In this document: positions 10,510 through 20,351 of the stretch, one piece after another | Position numbering within the stretch: the first letter of the stretch is position 1 | Layout: each line of letters opens with the position of its first letter | From: an uncultured Roseivirgaceae bacterium | GTDB taxonomy: Bacteria > Bacteroidota > Bacteroidia > Cytophagales > Cyclobacteriaceae | DNA: 64,000 bases | Reading direction: 5' to 3' | Assembly (NCBI GenBank): GCA_964429655.1 | Contig: CAYSCZ010000005.1 | Span: forward strand, 28,774 to 92,773 | Notes under the pieces: model-generated | Database searches by the model: none | Told to the model about the DNA's origin: nothing | Seen by the model: only the letters and a program-made list of their open reading frames with translations | Translations under genes and position numbers: made by a program

Positions 10510-10554
10510 GTTTATCAGTTAATTAGTTCATGGTGATCTAATTAACTGATAAAC
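10510..10554. repeat. Perfect 17-bp inverted repeat (hairpin) in an intergenic region.
   Basis: GTTTATCAGTTAATTAG - 11 nt - CTAATTAACTGATAAAC. Confidence 0.6.
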
Positions 10555-10598
10555 ATAAAAAAAGCTTATAGTTGTATCTATAAGCTTTTTTTTGGAAT
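10555..10598. terminator. Bidirectional rho-independent terminator downstream of the OmpA-family gene.
   Basis: A-run, then AAGCTTATAG - TTGTAT - CTATAAGCTT, then a T8 run. Confidence 0.6.
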
Positions 10599-10607
10599 CT
10601 GCTTCAA

Positions 10608-12548
10608 TTATTGTACCCTTATTACTTTAAATTCAGTCCTTCTATTTCTTTGTCTACCTTCAGGGGTATCATTATCTGCAATTGGCTGCTCTTCTCCAAA
10701 ATATGAAATCTTCAACCTATTCTCCTCAATTCCCTTTGCGGTTATATATGCTTTTACTGATTCAGCTCTCTGCTGGGACAATTGCATATTAAAGTCAAGC
10801 GGTCCTTGATTATCGGTGTGGCCACTTATCTCTATTTCCATTAAAGGATAATTTTCCAATAGCTCTACGATCCTATCCAACTCCAACTGGCTTTCAGGTC
10901 TTATTTCTGCATCATTGAAAGTGAAAAATATATTGTTAAGCTCAACCTCAGCACCTTTTTCAATTGGTTTTAGCGCTATATCTTTTCTTAGCTCCTCATA
11001 GTCGGGATCTTCTTCAACCTGAAAATTATCAGAATAAAAGAAAAAACCATCTCTACTAGCTGTCACACCATAATTTCCATCTGCCGGAAGTACAACCAGA
11101 TATTCACCAGATTCTGAATTACTATTTGTAGAGGCTATTAAGTCTCCTGTTTCCAGGTTTTCAACAACAATCCATGCTTTCATTGGCTCATTTGTTTTTG
11201 AGTTGGTAACAATACCAGTAACTATTAAAGTTGCTTCCGGTCTGTATATTTCCGGCAATACACCTTGAAATAAGTCTAAGGCTCCTTCAGAGCCAGATGA
11301 GGTTCTGTTTGATGCAAAATAAGCCTGTTCGCCTGAGGCAGATACTGTTAAGAATTTTTCCTGATCTTCAGAATTGATAGACTTTCCAAGATTTTTAGGT
11401 TCACTCCATTTGTTATTTTCATTCATCGAATAAAACAAATCATATTCACCAAAACCAGGATGACCATCTGAACTAAAATATAACGATTTTCCATCTGCTG
11501 CCAGATAAGGACTTCTTTCTCCGAAAGGTGTATTAACCATTGGACCTAAGTTTGATGGCACTCCCCAGTCACCAAATTTATTTTTTTCCGTCATATAAAG
11601 ATCTTGTTCTCCATATCCATTTGGTCTGTTAGAGGCAAAAATTATTTTTGTTCCATCAACTGAGATTGTTGGTTGTGATTCCCAATATTTAGTATTAACA
11701 ACATTCCCCAAGTTTCTTGCTTCACTCCAATTATCACCATCAAGTTGTGCAATGTAAAGATCACAGTCACCAATTCCCTCTGGCGCATCACATTTCACAA
11801 ATACAACAGTCTGGCCATTTCCACTAAACGATGCAGCACCTGTATTTTCCAGAGAGTTAATGGGTTCAGGTAATAATTGTGGTTCTCCAAAACCTCCATT
11901 ATTAAAGTCTACAAAATAAATATCTTCTCCAAAATCGTTCAACTCATCAGGATCAGGATTATCAAAACCTCCTTCCCTTTCACTGGTAAAGTATAGCCTT
12001 TTACCTGTTGGGCTAACTTGTGCTGAATACTCATCTGATATGGTATTAATGGGAGCTAAAAGATTATTTGGTGCCTCTAACGTATCAGGAAGCTTTGACA
12101 GCTCCGCAGCACCCTCTGTATATGCTATTTTATACTTTGCTTTATGTTGTTCTAATTCTTCGTTGGGGTTATTAGCATATTCCTTCATAAATTCCCCAAA
12201 ACCTTTGATGGAATCATATTTTGACTCAAGCATATTTAATTTACTAAATGCTTGAGTGGCTTCTTTGTATTGAGTGTTATCATAATAGGCTAATCCCAGA
12301 TAATACCAGGCATCAGCATAATTATCATCAATTCTAACTGCTTTGCTTAGATTATCTATGGCAGCATCATATTTACTATCAAGATATTTTAACTTACCTT
12401 TCTCATATTTTTTAACAGCCTTATTGCTTTGAGCATCAACTGTAAAACCAATTAGTAAGCATAATACTACCAGAATGATCTGGTTAAAACCGATTAAGTT
12501 GGTGGAAGTTTTGGATTGCATATTTTTGGTAATATTATTGATTATCAA
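10608..12548 (-). CDS. OmpA-family outer-membrane/peptidoglycan-associated protein with TPR and TolB-like beta-propeller repeats.
   Basis: Signal peptide, TPR-like helices (YYLGLAYYDNTQYKEA), repeated WD40/TolB-like blocks (SxxGxxLYFxS), and a C-terminal OmpA_C motif (NQxLSxxRAxSVxxYL, TDxxGxxxxNxxLSQQRA). Confidence 0.8.
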   Translation of the reverse strand: MIINNITKNMQSKTSTNLIGFNQIILVVLCLLIGFTVDAQSNKAVKKYEKGKLKYLDSKYDAAIDNLSKAVRIDDNYADAWYYLGLAYYDNTQYKEATQAFSKLNMLESKYDSIKGFGEFMKEYANNPNEELEQHKAKYKIAYTEGAAELSKLPDTLEAPNNLLAPINTISDEYSAQVSPTGKRLYFTSEREGGFDNPDPDELNDFGEDIYFVDFNNGGFGEPQLLPEPINSLENTGAASFSGNGQTVVFVKCDAPEGIGDCDLYIAQLDGDNWSEARNLGNVVNTKYWESQPTISVDGTKIIFASNRPNGYGEQDLYMTEKNKFGDWGVPSNLGPMVNTPFGERSPYLAADGKSLYFSSDGHPGFGEYDLFYSMNENNKWSEPKNLGKSINSEDQEKFLTVSASGEQAYFASNRTSSGSEGALDLFQGVLPEIYRPEATLIVTGIVTNSKTNEPMKAWIVVENLETGDLIASTNSNSESGEYLVVLPADGNYGVTASRDGFFFYSDNFQVEEDPDYEELRKDIALKPIEKGAEVELNNIFFTFNDAEIRPESQLELDRIVELLENYPLMEIEISGHTDNQGPLDFNMQLSQQRAESVKAYITAKGIEENRLKISYFGEEQPIADNDTPEGRQRNRRTEFKVIRVQ

Positions 12549-12732
12549 TTTTTAAAGTATTTAATTGAATTATAATAATGCGTCTCAATTTTAGAATTTT
12601 ATTTAATAAAATCAAAATTGGTTTTGATTCGATTCGAGCCTATTTCTAAAATCAATAAATATCTTGTAAAATTAGTCAATAAATTTGATGGGTATGACAA
12701 TAAATCATTCTTTTTGACCAATATTCACTATA

Positions 12733-13038
12733 TTGGATTCTAGAACAACCTCAATTTTAAGTTACATTACCATTTTCGGTTGGATTTTGGCTTATATCAT
12801 CAATCAAAAACAAAAATCCTCTGAAATATCATTTCACCTCAGGCAGTCATTTGGCATATGGCTTACCTGGCTTACATTTTACATCTTAGGTTTTTTAGTT
12901 GTGATGATCTATACCATAGGTTCATTATTACTATTAATTTTATGGATTATTGGTGTTTACTACGCTTTTAGTCAAAAGCAAAAAGAATTACCGATCATTG
13001 GTAGTTTCTATCAGAAACAATTGAGCTTCATAAATTAG
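12733..13038 (+). CDS. Small membrane protein (possibly DUF4870-like).
   Basis: 101 aa with two or three TM helices and a HLRQSFGIWLTWL motif. Weak family recall. Confidence 0.4.
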   Translation: MDSRTTSILSYITIFGWILAYIINQKQKSSEISFHLRQSFGIWLTWLTFYILGFLVVMIYTIGSLLLLILWIIGVYYAFSQKQKELPIIGSFYQKQLSFIN

Positions 13039-14300
13039 GGAGAGACAAACTGCATAAGCAATCCACAAATATACGCCGCGTAAGTTCCTACGGCATACCC
13101 TAAAACAGCCAGCAATACACCAACAGGCGCAAGTGAGGGATGAAAAGCAGAAGCAACAACAGGTGCAGACGCCGCCCCACCAACATTAGCCTGACTACCT
13201 ACTGCTACGAAGAAGTATGGTGCCCTTATGATTTTAGCCACGATAAACAAGATCATTACATGAAACAAAATCCAAACTATGCCCACCAAAAATATCCCCG
13301 GGCTGCTGAAAATGGCAGTGACATCCATTTGCATTCCTATAGTCGCTATTAAAATATAAATAAAAACACTTCCAATCTTTGAAGAGCCTACGCCCTCAAG
13401 CTTTCTGGCTTTGGTAAATGATAGGGTTACTCCGATAGCTGTGGCCACTACAACAATCCAAAAGAAAGTGGAGGTTAGACTATAACGCTCTAAGCCTGGC
13501 AAATTTGTTAGTATAAAGGGCCCCATAAAATCACCAACGAAATGTGAAAAACCTGTTGCCGCAAAAGCTACCCCAAGTATTAAAATAATATCAGGAACCT
13601 TTGGTATTTTTGTAATACTCCTCTGATAATCTTCAATTTTAGTTTTGACCGCATCTATAGAAGAAGCATCAGCTTTTAAATATCTATCAATCATCTTATT
13701 TCGGCCAACACCTAATAATAATACAGCCAACCAGCTATTACCTACCAAGATATCAACCGTCACCATTTTTGAAAAAAGATCACCGGAGACCTGAAATACT
13801 TCTTTCATTGCTGCCTGATTAGCACCCCCGCCGATCCAACTGCCTGCTATTGTGGTCATGCCCCTCCAGACTTCATTAGGGGCAGCACCTCCTACCAAAT
13901 CAGGATTTATAAATGAAAATAATATAATCGATAAAGGACCTCCTACCAAAATACCAAAAGTGCCTGCCAAAAACATGATTAATGCTTTGGGTCCTAATTT
14001 TAATATTTCCTTTAAATCGACACTCAAGGTAAGCAATACCAAACTGGCCGGTAATAAATACCTGGAAGCAACAAAATAAAGATTTGAAACTTTACCCGAA
14101 ATGATCCCAAGAGAATTAAAAATCGAGGGTAAAAAATAACAAACAAGAATGGTGGGTACTACACTGTAAAATTTTTTCCAAAATTTATTTTCAATTGAAG
14201 AGGTATAAAAGACAAATGCTAATAGTATCATTAAGATACCAAATACAATAGCATCATTATGGATTAAAGGATTTCCGTTCATTTTTTGAATAAAGCACAA
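13035..14300 (-). CDS. DUF819 family membrane protein.
   Basis: 421 aa polytopic membrane protein. The N-terminus LIHNDAIVFGILMILLAFVFYTSS resembles DUF819. Confidence 0.5.
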   Translation of the reverse strand: MCFIQKMNGNPLIHNDAIVFGILMILLAFVFYTSSIENKFWKKFYSVVPTILVCYFLPSIFNSLGIISGKVSNLYFVASRYLLPASLVLLTLSVDLKEILKLGPKALIMFLAGTFGILVGGPLSIILFSFINPDLVGGAAPNEVWRGMTTIAGSWIGGGANQAAMKEVFQVSGDLFSKMVTVDILVGNSWLAVLLLGVGRNKMIDRYLKADASSIDAVKTKIEDYQRSITKIPKVPDIILILGVAFAATGFSHFVGDFMGPFILTNLPGLERYSLTSTFFWIVVVATAIGVTLSFTKARKLEGVGSSKIGSVFIYILIATIGMQMDVTAIFSSPGIFLVGIVWILFHVMILFIVAKIIRAPYFFVAVGSQANVGGAASAPVVASAFHPSLAPVGVLLAVLGYAVGTYAAYICGLLMQFVSP

Positions 14301-14391
14301 AAAATTATATTAACACTACTTTAATAATATGATAATTTTTTATATTCATCACTTTAAATCATTGTATAATTATCAATATCATTTTACAAGA

Positions 14392-17217
14392 ATGAATAAA
14401 TTTTACATATTATTAATTATTTCTATCACATTTTGCGTTTTTAATGGCAAAATAGCTAATGCACAAAATAATGTTGTTGCTGGCCAAGTCATAGATGAGA
14501 ATGATAACCCGGTTGTAGGTGTCAACATTCTGATAAAAGGGACCGTCACGGGTACAATTTCAGACCTTGACGGTGCATTTAGAATTAACTTTAATAAATC
14601 ATTTCCTGTTACTCTACTAGTATCCAGTGTTGGGTTCCAATCTCAAGAGATCGAAGTACAACAATCTAATGAAAATCTCCAGATAATGTTAGTCGAAGGT
14701 GCATTACTGGGCCAGGAAGTAGTGGTGTCAGCTTCTCGCGTGGAGGAAAGCATCATGAAATCCCCGGTATCTGTGGAAAAAATGAACATTAGAGACATTT
14801 TAGAATCACCTTCTCCAAACTTTTATGATAACTTAAAAACATTGAAAGGGGTTGATTTTAGCACACAAAGCTTAACCTTTAGCACGATTAATCTTCGGGG
14901 TTTTGGTTCTAATGGAAACACCAGGACTGTTCAATTAATTGATGGTATTGATAATCAAGCACCGGGGTTGAATTTTCCGGTTGCAAATATTGTTGGTATT
15001 CCCGAGCTCGACCTGGAGAGTGTCGAAATCCTTCCCGGAGCGGCTTCCGCATTATACGGTCCAAATGCTTTGAATGGAATTATTCTCATGAAAAGCAAAA
15101 GCCCCTTCGATTATCAAGGGGTTAGTGCAACCATGAAGACAGGTGTTAATCACGTGGATGAAGAAGATGATGATTTATCCTTTTATCAAAATTATGGCTT
15201 CAGATATGCAAAAGCCCTGAATGATAAGTTTGCTTTCAAATTTAATGTTAGCTACCTGAGAGCTGATGACTTTATCGGCGTTGACTATCGCGATCAAAGT
15301 GACCTGGTTGAACGCTCAGGTGAAGAAAGTGAAAACAGAAGGTTTGATAGAATCACCCACAGAACCTATCAGGGAGTAAATATTTATGGAGACCCGCTGC
15401 TTAATGTAGGTATTCTTGGGGCAGGTGTGCCAGATCTTGATCCTATCCGTGCACTGATTCCTACCGGGCCAAATGGGGATTTCACACCTACCGGATATGA
15501 AGAACAGGAATTTGTGGATAATACTACTGAAAGTTTGAAATTAAATGGCGCCTTACATTATAGATTAACAGAAAATATTGAAGTATTGGGTCAGTTTAAT
15601 TGGGGACAGGGCAGTACAGTATACACTGCAAACGACCGGTTCGTATTGGATGATTTTAGCATTTGGAATGCAAAACTCGAAGTGAAAGGTTCTAACTTCT
15701 TTGCAAGAGCCTATACAACACAAGAAAATTCAGGTGATTCATATGCAGCAAATACATTAGCCAGCTTAATCAATATAGAGACCTTTGTACCTGAATACAT
15801 TGGTGCTTTTGGTGATGCAAGGGTAGGTGGTGCCTCTGTTGACCAGGCACATGCAATAGCCAGACAGGCTGCAGAGGCAGTCAGGCCAGAACCAGGATCA
15901 CCTACATTTGACAGATTATTTGATTCGCTAAGAAATGTTCCAATTTCAGAAGGAGGTGCAAAATTTTTAGACCGTACAAGCTTATGGCATTATGAAGGTT
16001 TGTACAATTTTTCAGACATAATTGACCCTTCTACCCTAAGGTTGACCATAGGTGGAAATATTAGACGGTATGCGCTTGAGTCCGAAGGAACCTTATTTGC
16101 GCTTCAAGACAATGGGGATGAATTTGACATCGATGAATTTGGTGCTTATGTGCAGTTAGGAAAAAAATTCTTCCTCGATAAGTTAGATGTCTCTACCTCA
16201 TTGCGTTATGATAAAAACGAGAACTTTGATGGGCAGTTCTCACCACGGTTTTCGGGTGTTTACACCATCGCCGGTGACCATAACATCAGGGCGTCTTTCC
16301 AAAGAGGTTTCCGTATACCAACAACCCAGGACCAGTTTATTGACCTGGATGTGGTTACACGCAGATTAGTGGGTAGTAATTCAATACTCGTTGATCGCTT
16401 TAATTTTGAAAGCAACCAGGTTTATTTCACCGAAAGTGTATTTGCGGCTCAAAATGAGTTTAGTGAGACAGGAAACCTTGATGCTGCAAAAGCCCTACTA
16501 AAACCTGTAGAATTCCAGGACTTCGAAACGGAAAAAGTAAACACCTTCGAAATTGGTTATAAAAGCTTGATTGGTGAAAAATTATTTATAGACGCTTATT
16601 ATTATTATAGCAGGTACAAAGATTTTATCGCTGAAATAGACTTTGCTCAAACGGCCGTAAATGGCAGGGAATTATCCGGACAAACACTTCCGCCATTCGA
16701 GGGGCCCGCCGATGAGGACGGAATAGTCCAGGCCAATGTGCCAATACAAAGATTCGGGTTTGATGTGAATGTAGATGGTGACGTAGATGTGCAGGGTTTT
16801 GCGCTTGGCATAGAGTATGCCCTACCACGTAAGTTTTTTATAGGTGGGAATGTCACCTTTAATGAATTAATAGATCAGCAAGATCTTATTGATGAAGGGT
16901 TCAACGCAAGCTTTAACACTCCAAAATGGAGGTATAACCTCAAATTTTATAACCGGGAGGTTGTAAAAAACCTTGGTTTCAATTTGAATTGGCGTTGGCA
17001 ACAAGCCTATTTATGGGAATCTTCTTTTGGAGAGGGTATAATTCCGGATTATGGTACGCTAGATGGTTCAATAAGCTACAAAATCAAAAACTTGAAAACC
17101 ATTGCCAAAATCGGTGGTATGAATCTCTTAAACGAACGATATACCACTTCATTCGGCAATCCCAGGATGGGTGCTATCTACTATTTCTCTTTAACATTTG
17201 ATGAATTTTTAAACTAG
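14392..17217 (+). CDS. TonB-dependent outer-membrane receptor with an N-terminal carboxypeptidase-regulatory-like domain.
   Basis: Signal peptide, then a CarbopepD_reg-like block (GQVIDENDNPVVGVNILIKGTVTGTISDLDGAFRI), plug motifs and a C-terminal beta-barrel ending in an aromatic residue. The start was moved to ATG 14392 (MNKFYILL). Confidence 0.85.
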   Translation: MNKFYILLIISITFCVFNGKIANAQNNVVAGQVIDENDNPVVGVNILIKGTVTGTISDLDGAFRINFNKSFPVTLLVSSVGFQSQEIEVQQSNENLQIMLVEGALLGQEVVVSASRVEESIMKSPVSVEKMNIRDILESPSPNFYDNLKTLKGVDFSTQSLTFSTINLRGFGSNGNTRTVQLIDGIDNQAPGLNFPVANIVGIPELDLESVEILPGAASALYGPNALNGIILMKSKSPFDYQGVSATMKTGVNHVDEEDDDLSFYQNYGFRYAKALNDKFAFKFNVSYLRADDFIGVDYRDQSDLVERSGEESENRRFDRITHRTYQGVNIYGDPLLNVGILGAGVPDLDPIRALIPTGPNGDFTPTGYEEQEFVDNTTESLKLNGALHYRLTENIEVLGQFNWGQGSTVYTANDRFVLDDFSIWNAKLEVKGSNFFARAYTTQENSGDSYAANTLASLINIETFVPEYIGAFGDARVGGASVDQAHAIARQAAEAVRPEPGSPTFDRLFDSLRNVPISEGGAKFLDRTSLWHYEGLYNFSDIIDPSTLRLTIGGNIRRYALESEGTLFALQDNGDEFDIDEFGAYVQLGKKFFLDKLDVSTSLRYDKNENFDGQFSPRFSGVYTIAGDHNIRASFQRGFRIPTTQDQFIDLDVVTRRLVGSNSILVDRFNFESNQVYFTESVFAAQNEFSETGNLDAAKALLKPVEFQDFETEKVNTFEIGYKSLIGEKLFIDAYYYYSRYKDFIAEIDFAQTAVNGRELSGQTLPPFEGPADEDGIVQANVPIQRFGFDVNVDGDVDVQGFALGIEYALPRKFFIGGNVTFNELIDQQDLIDEGFNASFNTPKWRYNLKFYNREVVKNLGFNLNWRWQQAYLWESSFGEGIIPDYGTLDGSISYKIKNLKTIAKIGGMNLLNERYTTSFGNPRMGAIYYFSLTFDEFLN

Positions 17218-17231
17218 AGCTAATTAAAAAA

Positions 17232-18875
17232 ATGATGAAAAGACTTATATATCTACTATCAATATTGCTGTTGATTGTCGCTTGTAGTGAAGAAGATGAC
17301 CTCATACAAGAAAGATTAGACGAGAATCCGTTGCCTGAACCGGTTACTGGTAATAGTGGATCACTGGATTTATCTAATTATGTAGCTTTAGGAAATTCTA
17401 TCTCAGCCGGTTTTATGGATGGAGCATTATACAATAAAACAGATCCCACCAATCCGGGTGGTGAAATAGTTAGTGGTCAGCAAAAGGCATTTCCCAAGCT
17501 ACTTTCAGAACAATTTAAAATAGATGGAATTGGTGGTGGGGATTTTTCTCAACCAGTTATTAACTCTGAAAATGGGTTTAATGCTACACTTAATGATTTG
17601 GCTGATGCATTTACAGCTGCCAGTCCTGCAGGCAGGACATTTTTAAACCTAAATATCTTGGCGCCTGAAGCCACTGCTGGTGAAGCCCTGACAACTTTTT
17701 CAGGTGATGTCAATGCATTAAATAATTTAAGTGTCCCCGGAGCCAGGGTGCTTGACTTTGCTTTTCCGGGATATGCCACTTTAAATCCTTATTACGCCCG
17801 CTTTGCCACCTCAGAAGGAGCGACAATTATAGGTGATGCAATTGCTAAATCACCAACATTTTTTACCTTATTCATAGGATCAAATGATGTGCTTGGTTGG
17901 GCACTAAGTGGTGGTACCGGTCCCGATGGAGAAGTAGTCCCTTCAGCTGAGTTAGATCCTGAATCAGCCCTTTTTACTTTAACCAGTATAAATAGTTTTA
18001 CCAATGCGTATAGCGGAGTGATCAATGCATTGGTTGCATCCAACAGTAAGGGTGTATCCATCAATATACCAAATATTACATTGTTGCCTTTTTTCCAGGC
18101 AATCCCTTATAATGCTATTCCTCTGTCTTCGGAGAATGCGGCGGCATTAAACGCGGGTTTCCAGGGATATAATTCCATTCTTGATGCTTTAGCCGCCAAC
18201 CAATTGTTAGATCCTGCAGAAGCTGAATTCAGGAAAATCAACTACTCAGAAGGCGCTAACCCTATACTAATAAACGATGACCAATTAAATAATATTACTG
18301 ATGAATTGGATATACTGGTTAGCCTGGGTGCACTAAGCCCTGAAAATGCCGCTGCACTTGCCCCGCTTGCCCAAGCCCGCCAAATGAAATCTGTAAATGA
18401 AGATCCTAACCTGGCTACATTCGGTCTTCCAGCAGAAATTGTATTATTGACTGCCGGTGGAATATTAGGTACCGAAGCTGTGCCTGGTAATCCATCAACT
18501 ACCATTGGTACTGCCGTTCCTTTGAGCGATAGCAATGTGCTCACCACTGATGAAATTGCCACCTTAGTAACAAGAATTGCAACATTTAATGGTATTATTC
18601 AAAGCATTGTTCAATCAACCGGAGGTGGTGTTGTTCTTTGGGATGCCAACGCATTCTTCCAAAATTTTGCTGCTAATGGTGGGATGGACATAGATGGGTT
18701 TTTCCTTACGCCCGATTTTTCTCCTAATGGCGTATTTTCAACTGATGGGATCCACCCTAACCCTCGTGGTCATGTAGTGATTGCAAATGAAATAATTCAG
18801 CTATTGAACAGTAATTTCGGGGCATCCATACCTCCTATCAATACTTCAACTTTTGGAACAGTATTAACGCAATAA
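17232..18875 (+). CDS. SGNH/GDSL-like hydrolase lipoprotein.
   Basis: Lipobox LLIVACSEE. Block I is ALGNSISAGFMDG and block V is DGIHPNPRGHVVIANEI (catalytic D..H). Confidence 0.6.
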   Translation: MMKRLIYLLSILLLIVACSEEDDLIQERLDENPLPEPVTGNSGSLDLSNYVALGNSISAGFMDGALYNKTDPTNPGGEIVSGQQKAFPKLLSEQFKIDGIGGGDFSQPVINSENGFNATLNDLADAFTAASPAGRTFLNLNILAPEATAGEALTTFSGDVNALNNLSVPGARVLDFAFPGYATLNPYYARFATSEGATIIGDAIAKSPTFFTLFIGSNDVLGWALSGGTGPDGEVVPSAELDPESALFTLTSINSFTNAYSGVINALVASNSKGVSINIPNITLLPFFQAIPYNAIPLSSENAAALNAGFQGYNSILDALAANQLLDPAEAEFRKINYSEGANPILINDDQLNNITDELDILVSLGALSPENAAALAPLAQARQMKSVNEDPNLATFGLPAEIVLLTAGGILGTEAVPGNPSTTIGTAVPLSDSNVLTTDEIATLVTRIATFNGIIQSIVQSTGGGVVLWDANAFFQNFAANGGMDIDGFFLTPDFSPNGVFSTDGIHPNPRGHVVIANEIIQLLNSNFGASIPPINTSTFGTVLTQ

Positions 18876-18882
18876 ATTACTA

Positions 18883-18936
18883 AAGGCGGTTGTCTTTAAG
18901 ATTGAGATAATATCCAAAGGCAACCGCCATTTTTTA
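18883..18936 (+). terminator. Rho-independent terminator after the TonB-receptor/SGNH gene pair.
   Basis: GGCGGTTGTCTTT ... AAAGGCAACCGCC stem followed by ATTTTTT. Confidence 0.6.
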
Positions 18937-19221
18937 CTGTATTGATTGAGATACAACTTCGTCAGAAAATAATCGGCTGGTCAATTTTTTGGCCAATAGC
19001 TCCAGATCAATCCCTATAACCTCTTTTGAAGTTGACAAAAACGGATCCTGCCATGCCTCGAGGAAGATTATCATACCCATGGTAAGCATAGGCCTTTTGG
19101 TAAAGAATCAGATGATAACAATTTTGGAGAGGGAGTAGGAAACGGCTCCTTTTTTACTGGAGATTTATTACAGCTTGTCAATAAATAAAGTGTCCTCAAA
19201 AGGGAAAAGAGGTAAATTAGT

Positions 19222-20216
19222 CTAAGCATTAAGCATCAGTTTATGGTAAGCATATTCCAATAACGCTTCTTTCTCTTCTAAACTGAGATCAAACGGCAGC
19301 TGTGCTAATCCTATTATTCTCCTCATGACTTCAATGCCCTCAAATTGATCCAATTAGTCTCTATCTAAATCCTTCTCATAATGATCATCCAATAATTCAA
19401 AATATTCTTTATCCTGCCGCGCCGTACTTAAATGTGCTTTTAAAATGCCTAAGTCAAACTCCGGGGGCCAGAAAAACAAAACTCCGGATCAATTACTTTA
19501 AGCCCATATATTGAACATAACCAGCTCCCAGGGTAATAATCTCCATGTAATAAACTATATTCTATCGACAAATAACTTTCTCCAAGTTCCCGGGCTTAAT
19601 TTTTAAGCGATTTATCCTTTTTATACCTCATCGCAAGTTCCTGAAGGTCTGTATCAATGGAATCTAAATCCATTCCATTATCAACTATAAAAGGAAATTT
19701 GATAATGTGTTGATGGTTCAGCGCTCTTAGCTCCAAATTATCCGGGAATTGCACCTTTACTGCTTCTGCAAAATCATGGGAATGAAGGGTATCAATAAAA
19801 GTTAAACAGAATATAAATTCTTCTTTGGTCAAATCAATGCATTTTTGAAGAGAAATGAGTAATCTGAAGCCTCACCTAAATATTCAATAACCATTAGGTA
19901 ATTTGAGAGGTCAAATAATAATATTTTTGGCAGAAAATGCCTGGCAGACTTGATTTTATTGGATAATTCATAAAACTGATATTCAACATTAATTTTATTA
20001 ATCGATGCCGGTATATCTGGATATTTATTGACATAAGGTCTGGACTGTTTAGGTATGAAATTGCCAACTTTGGTTTTTGCGCGCACCATCGAATTTATAT
20101 TACCATCTCCCGGACTTTCTAATCTAAAGATTAAAGCCCCTTTATCGAGTAATTAATTTTTAACTAAGTAGTCCCTAATTACTTCTTTGGATGAATCAAT
20201 TGATAGCTCCATACTT
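19222..20216 (-). pseudogene. mtnK: Decayed 5-methylthioribose kinase-like (APH/phosphotransferase family) gene.
   Basis: The reassembled minus-strand translation reads MELSIDSSKEVIRDYLVKN*LLDKGALIFRLESPGDGNINSMVRAKTKVGNFIPKQSRPYV ... LMVIEYLGEAS ... (frameshift) ... LHGDYYPGSWL..KVIDPEFCFSGPPEFDLGILKA ... DRD*LDQFEGIEVMRRIIGLAQLPFD. It parallels B. subtilis MtnK (GDGNLNYVF, KQAVPY, LIHGDLHTGSIF, VIDPEFAFYGP, IRRTIGLAHV). There are at least two in-frame stops and at least two frameshifts. Confidence 0.7.
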
Positions 20217-20351
20217 CCTGGCAATGAATAAACTTAATAATCAAGGGATTAATTCCAATTTAAATAATTATCAGTGAGGTGATAAATCGTGGAAAACGAA
20301 ACACTGTTATTTATTTTGAATATATCATTGAATGAAAAAAACAATTAAATC

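Noticed and set aside
10295-10522. 75-aa ORF overlapping the membrane-protein gene start and the palindromic hairpin.
   Set aside because: It is low-complexity and spans an intergenic structured element, so it is most likely a spurious frame.
12549-12732. AT-rich 184-bp intergenic region upstream of the small membrane protein, considered as a possible sRNA or riboswitch.
   Set aside because: No conserved riboswitch motifs or stable stems were recognised. It was treated as an ordinary divergent promoter region.
16187-17201. Several 60-70-aa ORFs on both strands inside the TonB-dependent receptor gene.
   Set aside because: Embedded in a conserved coding region. Two are proline/alanine-rich reverse frames.
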